A DNA stretch of 64,000 bases from Planctomycetota bacterium (GTDB lineage: Bacteria; Planctomycetota; UBA8108; SXIK01), in NCBI GenBank assembly GCA_965223265.1, contig OZ244999.1, positions 6,368,001-6,432,000 of the forward strand. Direction: 5' to 3'. Both the position numbers and the translations under genes were made by a program. A model generated the notes under the pieces. It was not told the origin of the DNA and made no database searches. It worked only from the letters and a program-made list of their open reading frames with translations. Below, piece by piece: positions 47,676 through 57,464 of the stretch. The first letter of the stretch is position 1; every line of letters starts with the position of its first letter.

Positions 47676-47724
47676 ATCCATCGCGACAGAGCGCGCGTTT
47701 GGCGATCGCGTGGCGCCAGGCTAA

Positions 47725-47883
47725 CAGCCTGTTGAAGAAGTGCTTCGAGTCGAAAACTGGTCGCTTCGCGTCCAGATCGACCGCGGCGAACGCAGGTAAT
47801 CTCCGAGATTTTCGAGGCTCGCCGCGGTCGATCTGGGCGTGAAGAGGCCAGTTTCTCGGCCGAATGACTTTTTCAACGGGCTG
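47725..47883 (-). mobile_element. MITE-like element family A, copy 2 (inverted)
   Basis: Reverse complement of copy 1 with a shorter central loop; CTAA on both flanks. Confidence 0.85.
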
Positions 47884-47887
47884 CTAA

Positions 47888-48141
47888 CTCGAGTTTGGCC
47901 ATTTCGCGTCGAGCCTGGGAACGCCAGGAGCGTCGAGGCCAAGGAGCGACGACAACGCGATCCCGCTGCGATCGTGGCGGAGGAGCGACGCAGGCATCGG
48001 CGCTCCTGGCGTTCCCCGAAGGGCCGGACAGGAGTTTTTGAACATGCACAAGGGTTCTCAGGGTACTAAAAAGTCGAAAGGGCCTTTTGAATTCCCGCGA
48101 AACTCGTCCGGCCAGGCCGGCGCGAAATGGCCAAACTCGAG
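47888..48141. mobile_element. MITE-like element family B, complete copy
   Basis: Perfect 21-bp TIR CTCGAGTTTGGCCATTTCGCG / CGCGAAATGGCCAAACTCGAG; internal inverted repeat GGGAACGCCAGGAGCG / CGCTCCTGGCGTTCCC; CTAA at or next to both ends. Confidence 0.82.
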
Positions 48142-48142
48142 G

Positions 48143-49591
48143 CTAAGCCAACAGATCCTCGACGACATGGCCGGAGACGTCGGTGAGACGATGGTTGCGG
48201 CCCTGAAAGCGGAACGTCAAATCGGTGTGATCAATTCCGAGGAGGTGGAGCATCGTGGCGTGCAGATCATGCACATGCACGGGATCTTTGACGACGTTGT
48301 AGCCAAAATCGTCCGTCTGTCCGTGCACGATGCCGCCGCGAATGCCGCCACCAGCCATCCAAATGCTGAAGCACCGCGGATGATGGTCACGACCGAAGCT
48401 CTTAGCTGTGATCTTGCCCTGACTGTAAGTCGTGCGCCCGAACTCTCCGCCCCACACCACGAGAGTCTCGTCGAGCAGGCCACGTTCCTTGAGATCCTCA
48501 ACGAGAGCCGCCGCGGCTTGGTCGGTGTTTTTGGCCTGCCGCCGAATCTCAGCCGGCAAGTTGCCATGGTGATCCCAGTCGCGGTGGTAGAGCTGGATGA
48601 AACGAACGCCTCGCTCCACCAGTCGGCGCGCAAGGAGTGCATTGTTCGCGAACAGCCCAGACTTACCCGGCTCAGCCCCGTACTTCTCCAGAACGCTGGC
48701 CGGTTCGCGCGAAATGTCGGTCAGCTCCGGCACGCTCGTCTGCATCCGGTACGCCATTTCGTACGCATTGATGCGCGTGACGATTTCAGGGTCGCCAAAC
48801 GCCTCGAGTTGGATTTCGTTGAGAGACCGGACGACGTCGAGAAGTTTGCGGCGGTTGGCGCCGTCGATTCCGGGCGGGTTCTTCACGAACAGGACCGGAT
48901 CGCCCGCGGAGCGAAACTGGACGCCTTGAAAGCGACCGGGCAGAAACCCGGTCCCCCAGTAACGTGCTTGAAGCGGCTGCCCGCCGCTGCCGGATAGGAG
49001 GACGACAAACCCAGGCATGTCGCTGTTCTCGCTACCTAGACCGTACGACAACCACGCTCCCATACTCGGTCGACCGGGCTGCTGATGCCCTGTGTTGATG
49101 AAGGTGACCGCAGGGTCATGATTGATCGGCTCGGTGTACATCGACCGCACCAAGGCGATCTCAGGCGAAATGCGGTGGATGTTGGGCAGGATCTCCGCCA
49201 CTTCAACGCCAGTTTCAGCATGCCTGAGAAAACCATGCGGCGCGCCCACCATCGGAAAACTCTTCTGGCCACTCGTCATGCCAGTGAGACGCTGACCCTG
49301 TCGCACGGAGTCGGGCAAGTCCTGGCCTTGCACCTCTCGGAGCCTCGGTTTGGGGTCGTAGAGGTCGATGTGCGACGGCGCGCCCGACTGAAACATGTAG
49401 ATCACACGTTTCGCCTTCGGAGCGAAATGAAGGCGTTCGAGTGCGCCATGGGACGTCGGCTCCAAGCTCGACTTGGCCGCCAGCTTGTCGTTCAGCAAGG
49501 ACGCAAGCGCGATGAGGCCGAGTCCTCCGCGACCACGGCCGAAAAACTGCCGCCGCGTCTCGAGTCGCCTCAGCTCCAAATCGAGGTGCAT
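48143..49591 (-). CDS. DUF1501 family protein (Tat-exported)
   Basis: TRRQFF, HFAPKAKRVIYMFQSGAPSHIDLYDPKP, ARRLVERGVRFIQ, WGGEFGRT, GRDHH. Confidence 0.92.
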   Translation of the reverse strand: MHLDLELRRLETRRQFFGRGRGGLGLIALASLLNDKLAAKSSLEPTSHGALERLHFAPKAKRVIYMFQSGAPSHIDLYDPKPRLREVQGQDLPDSVRQGQRLTGMTSGQKSFPMVGAPHGFLRHAETGVEVAEILPNIHRISPEIALVRSMYTEPINHDPAVTFINTGHQQPGRPSMGAWLSYGLGSENSDMPGFVVLLSGSGGQPLQARYWGTGFLPGRFQGVQFRSAGDPVLFVKNPPGIDGANRRKLLDVVRSLNEIQLEAFGDPEIVTRINAYEMAYRMQTSVPELTDISREPASVLEKYGAEPGKSGLFANNALLARRLVERGVRFIQLYHRDWDHHGNLPAEIRRQAKNTDQAAAALVEDLKERGLLDETLVVWGGEFGRTTYSQGKITAKSFGRDHHPRCFSIWMAGGGIRGGIVHGQTDDFGYNVVKDPVHVHDLHATMLHLLGIDHTDLTFRFQGRNHRLTDVSGHVVEDLLA

Positions 49592-49596
49592 TCGAG

Positions 49597-52500
49597 TTAC
49601 CTCTTCGTGATGGTCTCGTCTAAGTTGAAGAGCACATTCGCCAACGTCGTCCACGCCGCCACCTCCGCCACACTCAGCTGCTCGGGCATGTCGGCGTCGC
49701 CGACTTCAGTGAGCTCGCGTGCCGCCTCAACGTCCTGCGCGAATCGCGCCGACTGTTCTGAGTAGACGCCTAGAAGAAGTCGCTCCTCGTCGGCGCTGGG
49801 CGGTCGCGCCAAGCAGGTTCGAAAGGCGAATCGAACGCGCTCTTGAGCGGTGTCACCCCCCTCGAGAAGAATTCGCTGCGCGAAGACGCGCGCGGCTTCG
49901 ACGTAGACAGGATCATTCATGAGCACCAACGCCTGCAGCGGTGTGTTGGTCACCGGACGGCGGACAACGCACACTTCTCGACTCGGGGCGTCGAAGGTTA
50001 CCATCGAAGGATACGGAAGCGACCGCTTCCAGTAGACATATAGACCACGGCGGTACTGGTCGTCGCCTTCGCTTCGGACGTAGTACTGACTGGAGAATCT
50101 GCCGCCGATCGAGATCTGCTTCCACAACCCCTCAGGTTGGTAAGGCCGCACGCTCTCACCCCCGACGCGCCGGTCCAGGAGACCGCCCATGGCGAGTGCG
50201 CTGTCGCGAATCATCTCGGCTGCCAAACGCTGCTTGGGACCACGGGCAAGAAGACGATTCTGAGGATCCCGTTCATAGAGCTCCGGCGTCACTCGACTCG
50301 ATTGCCGATATGTCGACGAAGTCACGATCAACTTCAGCATCTTCTTAACGTCCCACTCCGTATCGATCAACGCGCGAGCCAGCCAATCGAGGAGCTCGGG
50401 ATGGCTTGGGGCTTCACCCTGTACTCCGAAGTCCTCACTCGTGGCAACAAGACCGATGCCGAAGAACTGCTGCCAAAACCGATTGACGGTGACGCGACCC
50501 GTCAGCGGATGCGACGGGTCGATGAGCCACTTAGCGAGCGTCAATCGATCGGCGGTGGTTCCAGTGGGAAGCGGTGGAAGAAACGCTGGCACCCCGGCGC
50601 GCACCTTCTCACCCTTGAGTCGATAGTCACCGCGCACAAGCACGAAGGTCTCGCGCGGTTTTTCCATCTCCTGCATCACCATCGTCGTTGGGAGGGCGTC
50701 CCTTGCGGTCTTACGTTCTTCCTTGAACTTCGCGATCTGCGCCACAAGCTCTCGTCCGGGCTCAGAAACGTTCGTGCGAAAGTGATCACGCACCTTGGCC
50801 CTTTGCTCGTCGCTGCGAGACGCAGCTGAGCGCGAGCGCACGATCTCTTCGACATCCTCCGGCGTCGCTCGCCCGGCCGCGGCCATCGAACGAAAGTAAA
50901 AGCCAGAACGATTGCCCAGATTGCTGATCTTGACGAGCAGCGTGTTCGATCCCGGCCGCAGTGTGGTGTCCACCCGATCCTCGTCGGCTTGAACGCCACG
51001 CGAGGCGTTGTTATTCAGGATCTCCTGATCGTTGAGCCAAACGCGAATACCATCGTTGCTGCCAAAAAAGAGAGTCACCGACCGATCGTCAGTGGTCGCC
51101 AGCTCGCGAGTCAGGTAGACGGCTGTGTTGCCGACACCGAGCAGGTCGCCGGTAAAGTCATACGCGATCCCGTCCTTCCATTCTTGGCGCTCCTGCCACC
51201 TGAGCTGTGCTGTCGCACCATCGCGAACCGGGTAGGACTTTTTTAGATCGAGCTCACCGTTCTTGAGGTCGACCTCCGGTCCAAACTCTTCCTTGAAGGA
51301 ACCGTCATCGCCGTCAAGTTTGGATTCGAATGGTCCAATCGCAAACCAGTTGCTGAGCTTAGGCGGGGCGTTGCGGTCGTAGAACGCGCGATCATTGGTC
51401 ACTGCGAGTCGGAAGCAGCCGAGTACCTCCCGGGCGCGATCGGACTCGTGCCGAAGCTTGATGGTCAAACGCGTCCCGCCAGGGTAGCCAATCGGATCCC
51501 CGAGAAAGAATCTTGCCTTGAAACTCGTACGATCGTCGCCGTCGGTGCGTCGCACAGACCAGCCGCTCTGTGGGTTGCCGTCGACGGCTTTCAGCGCCTC
51601 GTAGCTTTTCTCGCTGTAGCTCGCCATGGCGGCGACGATCGGCAATACGATCGGCGCGCCGGATCCATCGCGCGGCGCCGCCGCCACCTCGACTCCGGTG
51701 AGAGTGAACACGCCACGCTCCGGATGTCTCCCCGGCCCGCCCTGTGGCAGTGCCGGATCCACCAAGGCTTCGAGCTCTAGGACCCCGATGGCGTCGAGAT
51801 CAGTGTCGACGTCCAAGGTGTATACATCGCGCGCTGGATTCTCACCGCTGACCAGTACCGAATCGTCTTCGCGCACCGTCAGGGTCGAGCCACCGGTCGA
51901 CGCGAGCTCGACGGGCTTGAGGATCTGCCATCGAACCGGGGGTCGCGCGCGGAATTCCTCCTCCCACGCTAGCTGCGCCGAATCGAGTTCCTCGTTGGGC
52001 TCTATCAGATCCGTCTCGAGGGCCGCGATGCGCTCGTCGAATACCACTATACGTCGCATGTCCTCCGGCGACGGCACCGGGATGCTCGGAACTGGGTTGG
52101 TGCGAGACCCGTCCAGACCCTTCTCCGGCACGTTGTGGAAAAACGCGTAGAACTGATAGTACTCGCGCTGTGTGATCGGATCGAACTTGTGATCGTGGCA
52201 CTCGGCGCACCCAAGCGTCAGCCCCATCCAAACCGTCGCTGTGGTCGTGACGCGATCGCCGACATACTTCGTGAGATACTCCTCGGGGATGGCGCCGCCT
52301 TCGAAGTTGACCATGACGTTGCGATTGAACCCGGAAGCAATCCGCTGCTCTACGGTCGCGTTCGGAAGCATATCGCCCGCCAGCTGCTCGATCGTGAACT
52401 GGTCGAAGGGTTGATTCGCATTGAATGCATCGACAACCCAGTCGCGCCACTTCCACATGTCGCGGTGGTTGTCGATGTGATAGCCGTTGGTGTCGGCAAA

Positions 52501-52923
52501 ACGCGCCGCGTCAAGCCACTCCTGTGCCATACGTTCACCATACGCGGGCGCGGCAAGAAGGCGGTCGACCAGCTCGTCGTACGCCTCAGGACGAGTGTCG
52601 GCGAGAAAACGATCGATCTCGTCGACCGTCGGCGGCAGACCGGTGAGATCAAAGGCCAATCGCCGTGCGATGGTGGTCTTGTCGGCGGCTGGCGACGGCT
52701 CAAGTCCCGCCTTCTCCAGTGCCCGCAGGATGAAATGATCGATCGGGTTGCGCACCCAATCCGCATGGTCGACGGCGGGTACTGGTACCGGTTCCGGCGG
52801 TATGAACGCCCAATGGGGTGCAGCGACTATACCGTGTCGCCCCCGAACCGCGTCCGGTACTGGGACCTCGACGAAAAGAAGACAAACAGCAACGCAGAAA
52901 AGAAAGGTCGCCCGCATCGTCAC
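49597..52923 (-). CDS. PSD1/PSCyt2 (DUF1549 + DUF1553) protein with inserted beta-sandwich domains
   Basis: HWAFIPP, NPIDHFI, DLTGLPPT, WLDAARFADTNG, CAECHDHKFDP, PSHPELLDWLA, TNTPLQALVLMN; exact start uncertain. Confidence 0.9.
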   Translation of the reverse strand: MTMRATFLFCVAVCLLFVEVPVPDAVRGRHGIVAAPHWAFIPPEPVPVPAVDHADWVRNPIDHFILRALEKAGLEPSPAADKTTIARRLAFDLTGLPPTVDEIDRFLADTRPEAYDELVDRLLAAPAYGERMAQEWLDAARFADTNGYHIDNHRDMWKWRDWVVDAFNANQPFDQFTIEQLAGDMLPNATVEQRIASGFNRNVMVNFEGGAIPEEYLTKYVGDRVTTTATVWMGLTLGCAECHDHKFDPITQREYYQFYAFFHNVPEKGLDGSRTNPVPSIPVPSPEDMRRIVVFDERIAALETDLIEPNEELDSAQLAWEEEFRARPPVRWQILKPVELASTGGSTLTVREDDSVLVSGENPARDVYTLDVDTDLDAIGVLELEALVDPALPQGGPGRHPERGVFTLTGVEVAAAPRDGSGAPIVLPIVAAMASYSEKSYEALKAVDGNPQSGWSVRRTDGDDRTSFKARFFLGDPIGYPGGTRLTIKLRHESDRAREVLGCFRLAVTNDRAFYDRNAPPKLSNWFAIGPFESKLDGDDGSFKEEFGPEVDLKNGELDLKKSYPVRDGATAQLRWQERQEWKDGIAYDFTGDLLGVGNTAVYLTRELATTDDRSVTLFFGSNDGIRVWLNDQEILNNNASRGVQADEDRVDTTLRPGSNTLLVKISNLGNRSGFYFRSMAAAGRATPEDVEEIVRSRSAASRSDEQRAKVRDHFRTNVSEPGRELVAQIAKFKEERKTARDALPTTMVMQEMEKPRETFVLVRGDYRLKGEKVRAGVPAFLPPLPTGTTADRLTLAKWLIDPSHPLTGRVTVNRFWQQFFGIGLVATSEDFGVQGEAPSHPELLDWLARALIDTEWDVKKMLKLIVTSSTYRQSSRVTPELYERDPQNRLLARGPKQRLAAEMIRDSALAMGGLLDRRVGGESVRPYQPEGLWKQISIGGRFSSQYYVRSEGDDQYRRGLYVYWKRSLPYPSMVTFDAPSREVCVVRRPVTNTPLQALVLMNDPVYVEAARVFAQRILLEGGDTAQERVRFAFRTCLARPPSADEERLLLGVYSEQSARFAQDVEAARELTEVGDADMPEQLSVAEVAAWTTLANVLFNLDETITKR

Positions 52924-53109
52924 GTTCAAACATCCTAAAGAATCAGTCTGGTCACGCATCAGAGCTCGGCTCAACCGACGCTACACGCCCTCCATGTTAC
53001 GCGCACGAGCCCCACAAGAAGCCGAAAATATCGTCCGCGGGGGCATGAAAACTCCGAACGCACGACGTTACGCCCCTGTCGTGCCGCGGCGATTTCGCGC
53101 AAGTGCCGT

Positions 53110-53688
53110 TCATTCGACTTTGGTGAAGCGCATGAGATCGATATCAGCGATGCTTCCCGAGTCCCCGTTGGAATCCATCGAGACTTTGAGGAGCTGGCGC
53201 CCCGCCTTGAGACGCACACCATCGGCGTAGATCGTCTCGAGTTTCTGCCAGCCGCCGGTGTCCGGCACGTCGATGGGACCCGTCACGTCCCGGCCGTCGA
53301 TTTCAAGATGAAAGACGCCACCCTTCCTATTCGATGCCACGGGGAATTCGACGCGATAAACTCCGTCGGCTGCAACCTCGACCGAATACACCAGCCACTC
53401 CCCCTCGCGCGTCCAACCGATGCCGTGCCCACCTGAAGCGTCAGGCCGCGCCTCGATATCGACTTGAGTCGGACCTCGGTAGTTCGCCCCTTGGTTTTGC
53501 GGATCGAGATCGTAGTAGGCGAAACCGGGATCCCCTTCGTCGTAGTTCTCAGCTTCGATGGTGCCAGGTATCTCATGCCATTTGCCACGAAACGGCTGGG
53601 TGGAACCAGAGACTGAATTTCGACTCTCGCGCTGACAACCAATCAGAAAGATCATGAGCGATAGGAACACAAGGTGTCGAGTGATCAT
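53110..53688 (-). CDS. Lipoprotein with CBM6-like carbohydrate-binding module
   Basis: Lipobox LIGC; IPGTIEAENYD, GWTREGEWLVY, TGGWQ. Confidence 0.85.
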   Translation of the reverse strand: MITRHLVFLSLMIFLIGCQRESRNSVSGSTQPFRGKWHEIPGTIEAENYDEGDPGFAYYDLDPQNQGANYRGPTQVDIEARPDASGGHGIGWTREGEWLVYSVEVAADGVYRVEFPVASNRKGGVFHLEIDGRDVTGPIDVPDTGGWQKLETIYADGVRLKAGRQLLKVSMDSNGDSGSIADIDLMRFTKVE

Positions 53689-53892
53689 GATGATTCCTTT
53701 GTGTGGTTCGTTTTGTCGCCGCGCGGCAACGGGCACGCGTACCAACATGGCCTTTCCGTGACGCGACGATCGACAGGTTATACTATGGCGCTCTGACGTC
53801 GCGAACCAAATTCCGCGTCACGAACCCAAGTGCCCCACAACCCCTTCGAATTTCATGTTGAAAACGAATCAACTCGTCGCGGCGCCGGCAGC

Positions 53893-55062
53893 ATGATGGG
53901 CTCCTTGCTCGCCGTTCTTTGTGTGATCGTGCTTCTGCCGACGGCATTTCTCTGCCTCGAAGTGGCGCTGGCGATGCTGCCGGCGAAACGTCGTGACGTG
54001 GCGCTCGCGAAACCACGTGTCATGGTTTTGATCCCCGCTCACAACGAGGAACAAACCATCGTCGAAACGATCGAAAGCATCCAGAGACGTCTCACGGGGC
54101 AGGATTCAATCGTTGTCGTGGCGGACAACTGTTCGGACTCGACGGCCACAGTCGCTCGCAAGAGGGGCGTCCGTGTCGTCGAACGAAACGACCCTGAACA
54201 CGTCGGCAAAGGCTACGCGCTTGCCTTTGGCGTCGACGCGATGCGCGCTGCGCCACCCGAAGTCGTCGTCGTCATCGACGCCGATTGCGTTCCCGAAGGC
54301 GACGCGGTCAGCGCAGTTGCGAGTCGGGCTGCAGCATGGAGCTGCCCGGTACAGGGAGCGTACGTCCTCACGCCACCTGACAACCCCTCGCCGCTGCGGG
54401 AAGTCTCGGCGCTGGCATTCGTGGTGAAGGGAGTCGTGAGGCCGACAGGGTTGTCGCGGCTCGGACTTCCATGCCTCCTGGCAGGTAGTGGTATGGCGTT
54501 TCCGTGGGACACGATCAGCAAAGCCCCACTGACAAGTGACAGTATCGTCGAAGATCTGCAACTCGGCCTCGACCTGGCGTGCGCTGGATCCTATCCAAGA
54601 TTCCACGAGCACGCCCGCTTCTGGAGCCAACTTCCAGAGCGCTCGGCGGCGGCCCGGATTCAGCGGCGTCGTTGGGAGCACGGCCACCTGCACACGATCA
54701 TCACTACGGCACCCAAGATCCTCATCTCGGGGATCCTTCGGCGCAGGCTGCCTCTCGTGACACTCGCGATGGAACTCGCGGTACCACCGCTCTCACTCCT
54801 CTCTGCTTTTCATTGCGTATTGGGTGTCATCTGCCTGACGTACGCCGCGATCACCGAAGACTTCCTTGCCGCTACACTCTCGGGCTTGAACGTATCCTTG
54901 TTGATCCTTTCGACGCTAGCTGCGTGGTTGCGGTTTGGTCGTCGTCTGACGAGCGTACGCAGCCTCCTCTTCGCCCCGTTCTATGCACTTTCCAAGTTGA
55001 CCATGTATGTCAGCTTCATCGGCTCCCGTGAACGTCGCTGGCAGCGAACTCCGAGAGCGTGA
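53893..55062 (+). CDS. Family 2 glycosyltransferase, membrane bound
   Basis: IPAHNEE, ADNCSD, GKGYAL, DAD, VED, QRRRW. Confidence 0.9.
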   Translation: MMGSLLAVLCVIVLLPTAFLCLEVALAMLPAKRRDVALAKPRVMVLIPAHNEEQTIVETIESIQRRLTGQDSIVVVADNCSDSTATVARKRGVRVVERNDPEHVGKGYALAFGVDAMRAAPPEVVVVIDADCVPEGDAVSAVASRAAAWSCPVQGAYVLTPPDNPSPLREVSALAFVVKGVVRPTGLSRLGLPCLLAGSGMAFPWDTISKAPLTSDSIVEDLQLGLDLACAGSYPRFHEHARFWSQLPERSAAARIQRRRWEHGHLHTIITTAPKILISGILRRRLPLVTLAMELAVPPLSLLSAFHCVLGVICLTYAAITEDFLAATLSGLNVSLLILSTLAAWLRFGRRLTSVRSLLFAPFYALSKLTMYVSFIGSRERRWQRTPRA

Positions 55063-55181
55063 CGCGTGCAGCATGAGGCCGGATCAGAGGCGTAGATCTT
55101 CACCAGTTAGCGGCCAGCGCCGTCGTTACACTCTTGTCATCACGGAACAACATAGTCATACTGGTCGCGTGGTTGGCTGAA

Positions 55182-55268
55182 CAGCCCGTTGAAAAGTCTT
55201 CGTCGACAACCGGCGATTTCGGGACAAATGGCCCGTTTTGCTCGAAGCACTTGCTGCTCAACAGGCTG
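55182..55268 (+). mobile_element. Short degenerate family A element
   Basis: CAGCCCGTTGAAAAGTC ... CTCGAAGCACTT...TCAACAGGCTG; internal hairpin absent; no perfect target duplication. Confidence 0.7.
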
Positions 55269-55398
55269 TTGAGTTGAGGCTAAGGGACTTAAAGATTGTG
55301 CGTGAGTTGGGTGGAGTCTTCACGCTCTTCTGTGTGCCGGATCGGCGGGTGCGCATGCTGAAGACGTTGCTCCTCGGTTAGCATCGTTCTCATTCCGA

Positions 55399-56169
55399 AT
55401 GCGTGCAGGCCGACTCGTGGGTCGATCATCGATTCTGAACACTCAGTTCGATACGGTAACGCTTGAAGAGACCGTCAAGTTTGCCGCGAAGTTGATTGAC
55501 GACGGCGCTCGCGGCTACGTGTCGACCGTGAACGTCGCTGTCCTTATGATGGCGCGCTCGCGTCCGCCGCTCAGACGCTTCATCGAAGACGCTTCGCTCG
55601 TAGTCGCCGATGGGCAGCCTCTCGTTTGGGCGTCGCGGTGGTTCTCGGTGCCATTACCTGAGAGAGTCGCCGGAATCGCAATCGTCGATGAACTGTGTCG
55701 ATCAGCCTCCGAGAAGAACTTCGGCGTTTACTTTCTCGGGGGTCGCAGGCATGTGCTGCACGATCTCGAGCGCCGCATGCAGTTTCGACATCCGAAGCTG
55801 AAGATATGCGGCCTTGCCGACGGGTTTTTTCCCGCCAGCGAAGCGCCGCGGCGCGCCGCAGCAGTTCGCCAAAGCGGCGCGGAGATCCTCTTCGTCGGTA
55901 TGGGAGTGCCGCGGCAAGAATACTTTTTGCAAGCGCATTGGGACTGTCTCGGCGCCAACGTGGCCGTCGGTGTTGGTGGGAGCTTCGAGGTGCTCGCTGG
56001 ACTGCGCAAACGAGCCCCTCGCGTTCTGCAGCGAGCAGGTTTGGAGTGGCTCTTTCGCTTGCTCCAGGAACCGCGCCGCCTTTGGAAGCGGTATCTGATC
56101 ACGAACTCCCAGTTCGTCTACCATTGCTCGCGAGAGTTGCTGCTCCGGTCCGTGCGGGGTACGTCGTGA
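55399..56169 (+). CDS. WecG/TagA/CpsF family glycosyltransferase
   Basis: VADGQPLVWA, ERVAG, LFVGMGVPRQE, GVGGSF, RAP, GLEWLFRLLQEPRRLWKRY. Confidence 0.92.
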   Translation: MRAGRLVGRSSILNTQFDTVTLEETVKFAAKLIDDGARGYVSTVNVAVLMMARSRPPLRRFIEDASLVVADGQPLVWASRWFSVPLPERVAGIAIVDELCRSASEKNFGVYFLGGRRHVLHDLERRMQFRHPKLKICGLADGFFPASEAPRRAAAVRQSGAEILFVGMGVPRQEYFLQAHWDCLGANVAVGVGGSFEVLAGLRKRAPRVLQRAGLEWLFRLLQEPRRLWKRYLITNSQFVYHCSRELLLRSVRGTS

Positions 56170-57464
56170 TCTATTGGTCCACAACCGAGCTGGATCATGA
56201 AGGATTCGCGACAGCGGACAGCCCCTTCGAACACCGAGCACCAGAGACACCAGCGCACATCGCGATAGTGCTCGGGACACGCCCTGAGGCAATCAAACTG
56301 GCGCCTGTCGTCATGAAGGCTCGTGCTGATCCGGCGCGCTTCAACATCACGGTGATCGCGACCGGGCAGCATCGAGAGCTCCTCTACGGGCTGCTTGACG
56401 AGCTCGGCGTTGAGGTCGACGTCGACCTCGCGGCGATGAGGCACGATCAGGATCCCTGCCATGCGATGGCAACTCTTCTCCAGCGCCTCTACAACGCTTT
56501 GGGTGAATTGAACCCCGACAGTGTACTTGTCCAAGGGGACACGTCGACGTCGATTGCAGGAGCACTCGCGGCTGCGTACCGCAGGCAGCAGCTGGGGCAT
56601 GTAGAAGCCGGATTGCGCACCCACGACAAGGCGCGTCCGTTCCCCGAAGAACTCAACCGCCGCTTAGCAACACACGCTGCCGACTATCATTTCGCGCCGA
56701 CGTGCGCAGCAAAGAAGAACCTATTACGCGAGGGAGTCAGTGAAGACCGGATCTGGGTGACAGGGAACACGTCGATTGACACTCTCCTGATGACGCAAGC
56801 CCTCCTGATGACGCAAGCGACGGTGAGCGGCGTCAAGAAGCACCGGTGTCACCATGATCGCAAGACGCTTCTCCTGACTGCGCACCGCCGGGAGAACCAT
56901 GGCCCGGGGTTGGAGCGCATCTGTGAGGCCGTTCGGCGCCTCGTCGCTCGCCATCCGGAGCTGCACGTCGTGTTTCCTGTCCACGAGAACCCGAACGTGC
57001 GCCGAATGGTGTGTCGTCAGCTGAGCGGTCACCGGCGGGTCACTCTCGCCAAACCACTCGGATACCGCGACTTTGTGCAAGTCATGAGCAGCGCCGACAT
57101 TATTCTGACTGACTCAGGCGGCATTCAAGAGGAAGCACCAGCGCTTGGAAAACCCGTTCTCGTTCTCCGCGAGACGACAGAGCGACCGGAAGCCGTCGAC
57201 TCCGGCACGGCGAGATTGACCGGCACAGACGTGCGAACGATCATTGACGAAGTGGAGCACCTCCTCGACGATAGGGTGCACTATCGACGCATGGCGTCAG
57301 TCAACAACCCGTACGGCGATGGCCGAGCAGCCGACCGGATCCTCGAGGTTATGGCGAGCCGCGTCACGTCACGCTGCGGGCGCACGATCTCAACAAAGCC
57401 ACAGCAATACGGCGATGCCCATGAGCTCTCAGAGGCTGAGCAGGCAGACGACTACCCGTCGTGA
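56166..57464 (+). CDS. wecB: UDP-N-acetylglucosamine 2-epimerase (non-hydrolysing)
   Basis: GTRPEAIKLAP, TGQHRE, QGDT, HVEAGLRT, FPEE, HRREN, TDSGGIQEEAP, NPYGDG. GTG start overlaps the upstream stop. Confidence 0.92.
   Translation: MIYWSTTELDHEGFATADSPFEHRAPETPAHIAIVLGTRPEAIKLAPVVMKARADPARFNITVIATGQHRELLYGLLDELGVEVDVDLAAMRHDQDPCHAMATLLQRLYNALGELNPDSVLVQGDTSTSIAGALAAAYRRQQLGHVEAGLRTHDKARPFPEELNRRLATHAADYHFAPTCAAKKNLLREGVSEDRIWVTGNTSIDTLLMTQALLMTQATVSGVKKHRCHHDRKTLLLTAHRRENHGPGLERICEAVRRLVARHPELHVVFPVHENPNVRRMVCRQLSGHRRVTLAKPLGYRDFVQVMSSADIILTDSGGIQEEAPALGKPVLVLRETTERPEAVDSGTARLTGTDVRTIIDEVEHLLDDRVHYRRMASVNNPYGDGRAADRILEVMASRVTSRCGRTISTKPQQYGDAHELSEAEQADDYPS

Noticed and set aside
48038-48997. 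319-aa plus-strand ORF (likewise 1583..2401, 16758..17825, 52135..52938)
   Set aside because: Antisense shadows of well-supported genes in GC-rich DNA, with no recognisable motifs.
55695-56165. Long N-terminal extension of wecB
   Set aside because: It overlaps the TagA-family gene in another frame, and GTG 56166 gives normal translational coupling.
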